From positions 3,552,001 to 3,616,000 of the forward strand of contig CBDCDC010000002.1 of the NCBI GenBank assembly GCA_965215195.1: a stretch of 64,000 bases of DNA. The letters run 5' to 3'. The stretch comes from Candidatus Latescibacterota bacterium (GTDB lineage Bacteria > Latescibacterota > UBA2968 > UBA8231). Under the pieces are notes generated by a model, which made no database searches, was not told the DNA's origin, and was given only the letters and a program-made list of their open reading frames with translations. Made by a program: the position numbers and the translations under genes. Below, piece after piece: positions 10,031-19,088 of this stretch; the stretch's first letter is position 1, and each line of letters begins with the position of its first letter.

Positions 10031-12073
10031 ATGGAAATCTGGACAAGCGCAGCGCCATTCATAGGTCTGGGCGGGTTGCTTTGCTCGCTCTTGCTCTACT
10101 TTTACATCAAAAAAGCTCCGGCCGGTACTCCAGAGATGGTGGAAATCTCAGAGGCCATCCACGAGGGAGCCATGGCCTTTCTCAAACGCGAGTACACGAT
10201 CCTCGCCGGGTTTATTGTCATCGTCTTTGTCCTCCTTTTTGCCTTCGTCGGCTCCCACACCGCGTACGCTTTTTTGTTGGGAGCCGTTTGCTCTATCTCG
10301 GCCGGTTATACCGGCATGAAGGCGGCCTGTCACGCCAATGTGCGCACTGCTCAAGCGGCCAACCAGTACGGCCAAGGGCCGGCACTGGGCATCGCCTTTT
10401 CGGGCGGTGCCGTGATGGGGCTTGCGGTGGCGGGCTTGGGGCTTTTCGGCGTTGGGGCGCTCGCGAGTGCCTTTGGTATCTGGGACGATATAAGCCAAGC
10501 ATCTACGATCAATGGCTTCGCTATGGGGGCCTCTTCGATTGCTCTTTTCGCGCGCGTTGGCGGCGGTATCTTCACCAAGTCCGCCGATGTGGGTGCCGAC
10601 TTAGTGGGCAAAGTGGAGGCGGGAATTCCCGAGGATGATCCCCGCAATCCGGCCGGTATCGCCGACAATGTCGGCGATAACGTCGGCGATGTCGCCGGCA
10701 TGGGTGCCGACATCTTTGAATCGTATGTCGGATCGGTCATCGCCACCATTGCCATCGCCGCCACCGCGTCCGCGTCATTGCTGGCCACTCTCGCCCCCGG
10801 CATCTCCGATCCAACCGATGCAAAACTCGCGGCCATGAGCTTCCCGCTGATCGTCATTATGATCGGTATAGCCGCATCGCTTTTGGGCGTTTTAATGGTG
10901 CGGATACTGCAAAATTTTGACCCGGGTGCCGCATTGCGCTACTCGACTTGGGTTGCAGCCGCACTAATGATTTTGGGTGCTTGGTGGGTCGCCGGGACAA
11001 TCGGCTTATCCAATCAGCCGGTGTGGGCACTGTGCGCGGGCTGTTTGGCCGGGATCGCGATTGGCCTTTTTACCGAGTACTACACCGCCGGCAAACCCAT
11101 CCGCACCATCGCTGAAACCTCCAAGACCGGCGTGGCGACCAATATTATTTCCGGTCTGGCCATAGGCATGGAGAGCGTCGTCCTGCCGACCTTGGGGATC
11201 GTCGTCGCCATTGGCTTGGCCTTCCACTTTGCCGGGCTTTTTGGGATTGGCATCGCGGCCGTCGGTATGCTGGCCACAGTAGGTATCACCATGTCGGTTG
11301 ATGCCTATGGCCCCATCGCCGACAATGCCGGCGGCATTACCGAAATGGCGGGCTTGGGCGAAGATACTCGCAAGATCACCGATGGCCTCGATTCACTCGG
11401 CAACACGACCGCGGCCATGGGCAAGGGGTTTGCCATTGGTTCGGCGGCGTTGACCGCATTGGCGCTTTTCTCGGCGTATTCTTCGGCCATCGAAGTCGAA
11501 ACGGGTGAGCCGGTGGTCATTGACGTGACTACGCCGGAAGTCGTCGTCGGGCTTTTTATCGGCGCGATGATTCCCTACCTAGCAGCCTCCATCACCATGA
11601 CCTCGGTCGGCAAGGCCGCCTTCAAGATGGTCGAGGAAGTCCGGCGTCAGTTCCGCGAGATCGAGGGGCTGATGGAGGGCAAAGCTAAACCCGACACCCG
11701 GCGCTGCGTGGAGATCAGCACGACGGCGGCCCTGCGCGAAATGATTCTACCGGGCCTCTTGGCGGTGTTGGCTCCGGTCGCCGTTGGCTTTGGTCTCGGC
11801 CCCGTCGCCTTAGGCGGAATGCTCGCCGGGGCGACGGTCAGCGGCGTACTGCTGGCGCTGATGATGGCCAATAGCGGCGGGGCTTGGGACAACGCCAAAA
11901 AGTGGATCGAAGAGGGCCATCTGGGAGGCAAGGGCTCCGACCCGCACAAAGCCGCTGTCGTCGGCGATACGGTCGGCGACCCATTCAAGGACACTTCGGG
12001 GCCGTCTCTGAACATACTCATCAAGCTGATGTCGGTGATATCTCTCGTCCTGGCACCGCTTTTTGTCGTCTGA
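10031..12073 (+). CDS. hppA: Membrane pyrophosphatase, K+-dependent, probably Na+-translocating
   Basis: [11 protein letters not shown] and DNVGDNVGD motifs; GNTTAA with Ala marks K+ dependence; ADIFESY places Glu as in Na+-PPases. Confidence 0.93.
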   Translation: MEIWTSAAPFIGLGGLLCSLLLYFYIKKAPAGTPEMVEISEAIHEGAMAFLKREYTILAGFIVIVFVLLFAFVGSHTAYAFLLGAVCSISAGYTGMKAACHANVRTAQAANQYGQGPALGIAFSGGAVMGLAVAGLGLFGVGALASAFGIWDDISQASTINGFAMGASSIALFARVGGGIFTKSADVGADLVGKVEAGIPEDDPRNPAGIADNVGDNVGDVAGMGADIFESYVGSVIATIAIAATASASLLATLAPGISDPTDAKLAAMSFPLIVIMIGIAASLLGVLMVRILQNFDPGAALRYSTWVAAALMILGAWWVAGTIGLSNQPVWALCAGCLAGIAIGLFTEYYTAGKPIRTIAETSKTGVATNIISGLAIGMESVVLPTLGIVVAIGLAFHFAGLFGIGIAAVGMLATVGITMSVDAYGPIADNAGGITEMAGLGEDTRKITDGLDSLGNTTAAMGKGFAIGSAALTALALFSAYSSAIEVETGEPVVIDVTTPEVVVGLFIGAMIPYLAASITMTSVGKAAFKMVEEVRRQFREIEGLMEGKAKPDTRRCVEISTTAALREMILPGLLAVLAPVAVGFGLGPVALGGMLAGATVSGVLLALMMANSGGAWDNAKKWIEEGHLGGKGSDPHKAAVVGDTVGDPFKDTSGPSLNILIKLMSVISLVLAPLFVV

Positions 12074-12111
12074 GGAATGGCCTCAGACTAGAACCAAGAA
12101 AGCGCAATACA

Positions 12112-12627
12112 ATGAGAAACTACGAACTCGTATGTATCTTGGACCCCCAAGTCGGCGAGGGCCAATATGAGCAAGTCGTCGAAAAATACGAGGCACATCT
12201 CGAAGAAAACGGCGGGCAAGTCGCCCGGATCGACAATTGGGGCCTGCGGCGTCTGGCCTATACCTCGACTAGCCTGAAGAATCGGCACCAAGGCTACTAC
12301 GTGCTCTATCAGTTTTCCGCCGCGCCGACAGCGATCGAAGGATTGGAGCAGACGCTCAAGCTCGACGAAGCGGTGCTGCGCTATCTCATCACCGCTGTCG
12401 AAGGCGAGTTTATCCACGTGCCTCAGCTAGCGGCCGACAATTTCCTCGAAGAAGCCTTTGCCCGACCGACCCGTGGCCCGAGGGACCGAGGCGGCCCCCA
12501 CCGGGACTCCCGCGGCCCGAGGGACCGCACCGACAGCCGCGATACTGCCTCTGAAGACGAGAAACCTAATAAGGCGGCAGATGCTTCACCAGAAGAGGCT
12601 GTCGTCCAAGAGTCCGACGACTCTTAG
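12112..12627 (+). CDS. rpsF: 30S ribosomal protein S6 with long C-terminal extension
   Basis: MRNYELVCILDP...WGLRRLAY...GYY...VLRYLI; true start ATG 12112. Confidence 0.93.
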   Translation: MRNYELVCILDPQVGEGQYEQVVEKYEAHLEENGGQVARIDNWGLRRLAYTSTSLKNRHQGYYVLYQFSAAPTAIEGLEQTLKLDEAVLRYLITAVEGEFIHVPQLAADNFLEEAFARPTRGPRDRGGPHRDSRGPRDRTDSRDTASEDEKPNKAADASPEEAVVQESDDS

Positions 12628-12642
12628 AGTCGTCGTGCGCCG

Positions 12643-13455
12643 ATGCTGATTCTGCTGGGCATAGCGCTGGCGGTCGTTTCGTTTTTGGCCAGTTTGCGCT
12701 ACGGCTCGCTTGGTGCCCTGCTCTTGATCGGCCCGCTTTGCTTGTTCACCACCATGCTGCTAGGCGCCACGTTGGGGCTGGTGCCCATTATGGGGTTGCT
12801 CGCCGTTTTGCAAATAGAGCGTCAGCAGACCTACGGTCGCGTCATAGCCATGGCCTGCACACCGGCGGCGGGCTTGTGTCTCTGGCAGTTAATTCAGGGG
12901 CACGATGGCGTACATCGCCAAGAGCAGGCGGCCGCCATCTTGGAGCAGTTTCAAGCCTTGGGGATGGACGTTGAGGAAGGCGGCCAGATGCTACGCGCGA
13001 TGGTCGACGCGGGCCTGCGGGTGCAGCCGGCCATCGAGATGGCGACCCTACTTTTAACGTTTGTCTTAGCGTATCGGTTGAGCGAGAGCTTGGCCTTGCG
13101 GCTGGAACTGTCACTGCCCGCTCCCCTGCCGCTGCCCTTGTGGCGGCCTTGGGAAGAGCTGATCTGGGTGTTGATCGCAGCCTTGGGCCTAAGCCTTTTG
13201 AGTGATGGGTTGTGGGCCGATTTAGGCCTCAACCTGATCGTGTTGGTGGGGATTATCTACGGGGTTCAAGGATTGGCCGTGCTGCGCTTTTTCGCCCAGC
13301 GCCAAAGGGTGCCGCTTTGGGTTGAGCTATTTTTTTACGTAGGGCTTTTTTTTATAGCAGGATTGGCGCTTTTGCTCTTGGCTGGATTGGGGCTTTTGGA
13401 TACTTGGTTCGATTGGCGTCGGCTGCGCCCAGTCCCCACAGAGGAAGAAGCATAA
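12643..13455 (+). CDS. DUF2232/YybS-like membrane protein
   Basis: Multi-TM protein with YGVQGLAV and GLGLLDTWFDWRRL motifs; located upstream of rplI. Confidence 0.85.
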   Translation: MLILLGIALAVVSFLASLRYGSLGALLLIGPLCLFTTMLLGATLGLVPIMGLLAVLQIERQQTYGRVIAMACTPAAGLCLWQLIQGHDGVHRQEQAAAILEQFQALGMDVEEGGQMLRAMVDAGLRVQPAIEMATLLLTFVLAYRLSESLALRLELSLPAPLPLPLWRPWEELIWVLIAALGLSLLSDGLWADLGLNLIVLVGIIYGVQGLAVLRFFAQRQRVPLWVELFFYVGLFFIAGLALLLLAGLGLLDTWFDWRRLRPVPTEEEA

Positions 13456-13499
13456 GGCTCAAACAACATCGCCGTTTTCTATGAAGTGGAGGACAAGTT

Positions 13500-13943
13500 G
13501 TGAAAGTGATTCTGTTAAAGGACATTGAAGCCTTGGGTTCGGCCGGCGAGGTCGTGGAGGTGAAGAACGGGTATGGTCGCAACTTCCTGATTCCCCGCAA
13601 TGAGGCATTGGTCGCCACCGCCGCCAACATGGCCCAGTTCAAGTCTAGACGCAAACAGCAAGAGACTTTGGCCGAGCGCGATCGCCGTGCCGCCGAGGCC
13701 CTCGCCAAGAAGCTGGAAACGGAGTCTATCACCGCCCAGGTCAAGGTCGGCGAGGAGGATCGCCTCTTCGGTTCGGTAACCTCCCAGAATATCGCCGAAT
13801 TGCTCAATGAAAAGGGCTACGAGATAGATCGCCGCGCCATCCATCTCGAAGATCCCATCCGCGAACTGGGTGTTTACAATGTCGAAGTGCGCCTCTACCC
13901 AGAGGTAGTAGCAGCGGTCAAGCTCTGGGTCGTCAAGGAATAG
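13500..13943 (+). CDS. rplI: 50S ribosomal protein L9
   Basis: MKVILLKDI..LG..GEVVEVKNGYGRNFLIP, LFGSVT. Confidence 0.98.
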   Translation: MKVILLKDIEALGSAGEVVEVKNGYGRNFLIPRNEALVATAANMAQFKSRRKQQETLAERDRRAAEALAKKLETESITAQVKVGEEDRLFGSVTSQNIAELLNEKGYEIDRRAIHLEDPIRELGVYNVEVRLYPEVVAAVKLWVVKE

Positions 13944-13983
13944 TGCGGCGCTAGGCACCCTCCCTCCTCAACGGAGGTAATTC

Positions 13984-14913
13984 ATGCCAAGCAGGGTCTT
14001 GCTCCTTTGCTGGATGTGCGCGGCGGTCACCGGCTGCGGCCCGGAACATTCGGAAGGCCCTTTCGCGCACGTCGGGCAGGAAGTATGGCGCACCGTAAAT
14101 AGAAGCCACCGGGGTGCTGACGGCGTCTTGGTGCAAGCGACCTTGCACACCTTTGCCTATGAGATCGCCCGCGCCTATGCGCGTGCTGAGCGCGAGAATT
14201 TGGGGCAGGAGCAGCTCGAATACCGCATCAAGCAGCTACTCTACTCCTACGTTGATGGCACCTACCCGGCCGAAGACGGCACGGACATCAACAGCCTCTA
14301 CCTTCAATATCTGATCTACGTAAATCCGTCCTTCGATGTGCGCAATCCCCTGCAGAAACGCGCCTTCGACATCTGGAGAGCCGAATACATACGCCGGGTC
14401 GTCGATGCCATCTACGACCCCAAGTTTCCCATCCTGCGCGACCAGTACGACGACCGTTGGGGCTTGACGCTCTACAGTCGCTTAGTCTTTACCGTTTACC
14501 TGTCGAGCGGAGAGTCTCAGCTCAAGCCATATATTGCCGATATTGGTGCGCGTACGTTCTTGGTCGATCAGCGAGGTGCGCGTTTCCAGCCCAGCGGGAC
14601 GTTTAATTCCTATCCTTACGAGAGTGACCGGCCCGAAGGTGAGATACTCGACGGCAAGACCTACTACCGAGTCTTCTTTCCCAATCGCAAGAGCGACGAC
14701 AAGGCACCTATTGTCCGGCGCGACGACGGTTATCTCGAGTTGCAGATCGAGAACTTGGGTGACGTCCCATTGCGAACCCTGCGCTGGGAGTTGCCGCTCG
14801 CGTATCCAGAAATGCCTTCGCGGCGCTTGCCGACCGAGGCCGAGGTGGCCGAGCGCAAGGCAGCAGCACGGGCCGAGCGCGAGGCGCGAGCAGAAGCAAT
14901 GCGGACAAAATAG
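13984..14913 (+). CDS. Hypothetical lipoprotein
   Basis: 309-aa ORF with SD GGAGG and lipobox-like AVTGC; no family recognised. Confidence 0.7.
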   Translation: MPSRVLLLCWMCAAVTGCGPEHSEGPFAHVGQEVWRTVNRSHRGADGVLVQATLHTFAYEIARAYARAERENLGQEQLEYRIKQLLYSYVDGTYPAEDGTDINSLYLQYLIYVNPSFDVRNPLQKRAFDIWRAEYIRRVVDAIYDPKFPILRDQYDDRWGLTLYSRLVFTVYLSSGESQLKPYIADIGARTFLVDQRGARFQPSGTFNSYPYESDRPEGEILDGKTYYRVFFPNRKSDDKAPIVRRDDGYLELQIENLGDVPLRTLRWELPLAYPEMPSRRLPTEAEVAERKAAARAEREARAEAMRTK

Positions 14914-14967
14914 CGCCGTGAGTCTCGTTGGTGCTATATTTCTGCGTAATACAGACGAGAGTATTTC

Positions 14968-15066
14968 GGGAGCGGATGCGTGCCTGGTGGCTGCCGCGGA
15001 CTTCAAATCCGTTGCGGCGTAGCGAGAGTTGCGCTGGGTGGGTTCGATTCCCACACGTTCCCGCCA
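14968..15066 (+). tRNA. selC: tRNA-Sec(TCA)
   Basis: GCGGA-CTTCAAA-TCCGT anticodon arm, 9-bp variable arm with GAGA loop, T arm GTGGG-TTCGATT-CCCAC, GCCA end, 99 nt. Confidence 0.93.
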
Positions 15067-15096
15067 GATTTTAAGTAATGGATAACAGTCGGCTGT

Positions 15097-16533
15097 TCAT
15101 TGTGAGTCGGTCTGTTCGATCTCCCAACTGAAGTGATTGTTAGCTGGATCATTGTAATCAACGTAGACCGTCGGGTCCGTCGCGTTGAGGAATTCCTCGA
15201 GATTAGTATAGCCGTCGTTGTCGCGATCTGTGGAGCCATCGGTGGGATCGGCCGGATCTAGCTTATACCGGGTCTCCCAAGCGTCAGGCATACCATCGTG
15301 GTCTCCATCGGCAGGCGGTTGAGCAGGGGCCAAGTCGGGCCAGCCGCCAACCGTTTCCTGCGAGTCGATGATGCCTAAACTCTCACCATACGTACCACCA
15401 TAAGTCGCTGTCCCGGATTCGACTTCGGCGACGATGCGTTCATCGTGCGCGTCGCGGCGGGGCAGGAAAGCACCTACATGCTTGAGTACGCGCCGGTATG
15501 CGAGTGCGGGAGAATCGGTGCGGACGGGCGCGACCTCGAAAGCGCCCTTGGCGCGAAAGTGATCTAAGGGAAAATCTTTGTCAGGATGGACGCCAAGCCA
15601 GTTGTCTGCTGTGACATCGGGTGCGCCGATAACGAGATTGTCGGCAATCCACCAGCGCTCCAGTCCTTCAGAGCCCTCGTAGGGATTAGCCACGCGGGCG
15701 CGGACATTTTCGCGGGTTGCAGGACCGGGTTTGAAAACGTTGTTGACCAGATTGATGCGCACGTCGCCCTCGCCGCCGTAGACGGAGTTGTAGCCCCAGT
15801 TATAGATGACGTTGTTACGCAGGTCGACGAATTGGGTGAAGGGTTCGCGGCCGGCGATCCGCGGATTGCGGCTGGAGTGGTGCGCCAGCAGGTTGTGGTG
15901 GTAGCTGGTGCGCTGGCCACCCCAAATGCCGCCAAAGCCGTGGGCTCCTTTGTCGTGCACCGACTCCCGGAGGCTTTCCGAGATCAGGCACCATTGGACG
16001 GTGACGTCCTCCCCGCGATAGACCGAGACGCATTCGTCCACGCTCCAACTGGCGGAGCAGTGGTCGATGATGATGTTCTTGTGGTAGCGGCTGCCGATGG
16101 CGTCCATGTCTTCGCCGGTAGTATCGCCGAGTCGGACGCGCAGGAAGCGCAGGATGACTTGGTCGGCGTTGATGCTGAGTTGGTAGTCGCGCAGGCAGAT
16201 GCCTCCGCCAGGAGCAGTCTGGCCGGCGATAGTGATATAAGGCTCGCTGATCTTGAGCGGGCTGCGCAGGCGAATTGTGCCACTGACGCGAAAAATGACG
16301 ATTCGAGGACCGGTAGCCTCGACAGCGGCGCGCAGGCTGCCGGGACCGCTGTCGTCGAGGTTGGCGACCTCAATAACGCGACCACCCCGGCCACCAACCG
16401 TTTGGGCACCGGCACCTTCGGCACCGGGAAACGCCGGAATCGCAGGGGCCTCGGCACCTACAGCCACGCCGACGGCAGTGAGTACGAGGGTTGCTGCGAT
16501 GAGAAACACGAATGGGTTTATAGGGCGATTCAT
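15097..16533 (-). CDS. Pectate lyase (PL1-like), secreted
   Basis: AFPGAEG.G..TVGGRGG, TIAGQTAPGGG, IIDHCSASWSVDE, RNPR, DGDHDGMPDAWE. Confidence 0.9.
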   Translation of the reverse strand: MNRPINPFVFLIAATLVLTAVGVAVGAEAPAIPAFPGAEGAGAQTVGGRGGRVIEVANLDDSGPGSLRAAVEATGPRIVIFRVSGTIRLRSPLKISEPYITIAGQTAPGGGICLRDYQLSINADQVILRFLRVRLGDTTGEDMDAIGSRYHKNIIIDHCSASWSVDECVSVYRGEDVTVQWCLISESLRESVHDKGAHGFGGIWGGQRTSYHHNLLAHHSSRNPRIAGREPFTQFVDLRNNVIYNWGYNSVYGGEGDVRINLVNNVFKPGPATRENVRARVANPYEGSEGLERWWIADNLVIGAPDVTADNWLGVHPDKDFPLDHFRAKGAFEVAPVRTDSPALAYRRVLKHVGAFLPRRDAHDERIVAEVESGTATYGGTYGESLGIIDSQETVGGWPDLAPAQPPADGDHDGMPDAWETRYKLDPADPTDGSTDRDNDGYTNLEEFLNATDPTVYVDYNDPANNHFSWEIEQTDSQ

Positions 16534-16697
16534 AGCATAAGAGCCTTGTAAAAATCAATATCAGAAGACGATCCTAGCCTTTTGTCTGTATCTGTCCGGC
16601 AAGGACCCCAAACAGTTCGTTTGGCCGCCAAATGGCGCGTCTTGAGGCGGATTGAAGGCATGGGCGCTAGCTGAAGAGTCCGGTTATGAACTGTGTA

Positions 16698-16807
16698 ACC
16701 AATGGTGCTAGTAGGTTGACCGGTGGTCGCGGTCGTTCCTACGCTGGCTGAGAGTATCCCATCTTCAGCCTCGGAGCGTCCTGATGACCACGGCCGATTT
16801 TATAATA
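16698..16807 (+). mobile_element. Left part of a degenerate IS982-like element (outer layer of nest)
   Basis: Starts ACCAATGGTGCTAGT like the inner copy and encodes MTTADFI; the reading resumes at about 18918 (ALFYHIDKQMP). Confidence 0.8.
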
Positions 16808-16888
16808 ACCAATGGTGCTAGTGAGTTGACCGTGGTCGAGGTAGTTCCTACGCTGAGGGTGTCCCCCCTTCCAGCGAAGGAGCGTCCC

Positions 16889-17674
16889 ATGACCACGGCC
16901 GAGTTTATAATAGCCCTCTTCTATCGGATCGACAACCAGATGGGCGATGTGCCCAAACACCCCCAAGCCGCCTTATATCCCAGCGAAACGGTGACCCTGG
17001 CGGTTCTATATGCGCTCAAAGGGGACGGCAAACGGGCGTTTTATCGCTGGGTAGTGCGCGATTGGCGCGCCTTTTTCCCGCGCCTGCCCGAACGCACCCG
17101 CTTGTTCCGCCTGTTTGTCGCCCATGCGGACTGGACCGATCGCTTTCGAGCGGACCCCACCCCCTTAGGCGTGATCGATAGCTATGGCATCGAGTTGATC
17201 CATCCAGTACGCGAAGGCCGCTCCGCTCACCCTATCGGCCAGAAAGGGTTGTCCAATCACCGCTGGATCGTCGGCGGCAAGCTGGGCTTGATCGTCAACC
17301 AGTGGGGCTTGATCGTCGATTGGGATTGTAACACGGCCAATGTCCACGATTCGGTCTTTCACCCGATGATTGGTCGCTACGAAGAGCAGATGATCCTCCT
17401 CAGCGACCAAGGCTTTCATGCCAAAGAAGGTGATCCGGCTAATCTGAAAGTGTGTCCCCGCAAAACCTGGGGCGACCGGATGGTCATCGAGACCGTCTTT
17501 TCGATGCTGACCCGCATCGGCCGGTTCAAGCGACAGACCCATCGAGCTTGGGCCTACTTTAGAGCGTATCTGAGCGCGGCCATGGCCGCCTTTAACCTGC
17601 TGGCACAGTGGCATGGATTGCAACCGGATGAAAATGGATTCGTCCGGTTGTCCATCGCGGAATTTAGCTTGTAG
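16889..17674 (+). CDS. DDE transposase, IS982-like
   Basis: LPERTRLFR, VIDSYG, LSDQGF, RMVIETVFSML; family assigned from motifs and AC-starting IRs. Confidence 0.8.
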   Translation: MTTAEFIIALFYRIDNQMGDVPKHPQAALYPSETVTLAVLYALKGDGKRAFYRWVVRDWRAFFPRLPERTRLFRLFVAHADWTDRFRADPTPLGVIDSYGIELIHPVREGRSAHPIGQKGLSNHRWIVGGKLGLIVNQWGLIVDWDCNTANVHDSVFHPMIGRYEEQMILLSDQGFHAKEGDPANLKVCPRKTWGDRMVIETVFSMLTRIGRFKRQTHRAWAYFRAYLSAAMAAFNLLAQWHGLQPDENGFVRLSIAEFSL

Positions 17675-17681
17675 CCCACTA

Positions 17682-18899
17682 GTGTCTTTTGACAACTAAA
17701 GTTATGGATGCGATATTCATGTCGAATCTCCAGCGCGAACTGATACCTGAGGAGTCTAGATATGAAGAAATATATCGTGCGTCTCCCCGACGAAGCGCGT
17801 CAGCAGTTAGAAGCTCTGGTCAGCACAGGTCACGCCCCAGCCTACAAGATCAAACACGCGAATATACTTTTGAAAGCCGATGCAGCAGGGCCCTGCTGGA
17901 CAGATAGGGCTATTGCGGAAGCATTCGCCTGCCATAGAGTCACCGTCGAAAACGTTCGGAAACGTTTTGTAGAGCACGGGATGCAGGCGGCCTTAGAACG
18001 TAAAAAGCGCGTACAGCCGCCCCGCGAGAAGATTCTGGATGGAGCCGGTGAAGCCCGTTTGATCGCGCTGGCTTGTAGCCATCCCCCCGAAGGACGCAAC
18101 CGCTGGACATTGGAGTTACTGGCCGACACGTTGGTCGAACTCAACGTGGTGGACTCCATTTCGTATCGCACGGTGGGACGGACGCTAAAAAAAACGAATT
18201 GAAGCCGCATCTGCGTACCTGTTGGGTGATTCCACCTGAACAAAATGCAGCCTTTGTAGCCTGCATGGAAGATGTTCTGGATCTGTATCATCGGCCCTAC
18301 GATCCGAAAAGGCCTTGGGTGTGCATGGATGAGCAGCCCATCCAGTTGATTGGAGAAACCCGTATCCCGCTGCCCGCACGGCCTGGACACCCCCAACGGT
18401 ATGATTACGAATACGCGCACAATGGCACAGCGGTCAATTTTCTGTTTACAGACCCCTTGGCCGGTTGGCGCAAGGTCAATGTGCGCTCACGCAAGACCGC
18501 TGTGGACTGGGCTTTTGAAATCAAAGAGCTATTGGAGGTGGATTATCCAGATGCTGAAGTGGTCTTGGTGGTGTGTGATAATCTCAACACGCACACGATT
18601 GCCGCTTTGTATGAAGCGTTTGAACCGGCCCAAGCGCGCCGGTTAGTTAGACGACTTGAGTTGCATTACACCCCCAAACATGGCAGTTGGCTCAATATCG
18701 CTGAAATTGAGTTGCGCATTTTGTCCCAGCAATGTCTAAATGCGCGCATACCCGATGAAGAGACCTTGAAGGCGGAAACCCACGCTTGGGAACAGGCACG
18801 CAACGAAAACCAGAAAGCCGTGGACTGGCGGTTTACCACCGATGATGCGCGCATTAAACTGAAACGGCTTTACCCAAAATTTTAAGTGTCAATAGATAC
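17682..18899 (+). mobile_element. IS630-family element
   Basis: IRs GTGTCTTTTGACA and TGTCAATAGATAC; TA duplication at 17680-81 and 18900-01. Confidence 0.92.
17762..18885 (+). CDS. IS630 transposase in two ORFs (17762-18202 and 18199-18885) joined by a -1 frameshift
   Basis: HTH ORF A; ORF B has CMDE, DNLNTH, YTPKHGSWLNIAE; A8 run at 18187-18194 at the junction. Confidence 0.9.
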
Positions 18900-19088
18900 T
18901 AGCACCATTGGTTAATAGCCCTGTTTTATCATATCGACAAGCAGATGCCGAACGCGCCCACTCAGGGTGCGCCTTGTTCAATCTACCTAGCGGAGAGGGT
19001 AAGGAGAAATACCTATTCTCTGCAATGTGCAGCTCTTCCAGCTTAGTTTTTTGGCCGGTCAGAATCTCGAGGAAGAGAGAGACAAGCG

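Larger units (their letters stand above)
16808..18912 (+). mobile_element. IS982-like element whose right IR is interrupted by IS630
   Basis: IRL ACCAATGGTGCTAGT; IRR AC(TA)GCACCATTGGT split at the TA; TAATA duplicated at 16803-16807 and 18913-18917. Confidence 0.85.

Noticed and set aside
12068-12090. hppA TGA plus hairpin as a selenocysteine codon with SECIS
   Set aside because: The protein is already complete at its normal C-terminus, and the TGA lies inside the stem rather than upstream of it.
15040-15066. selC 3' end as attL with a matching attR further on
   Set aside because: No repeat of the tRNA 3' end and no integrase seen in the window.
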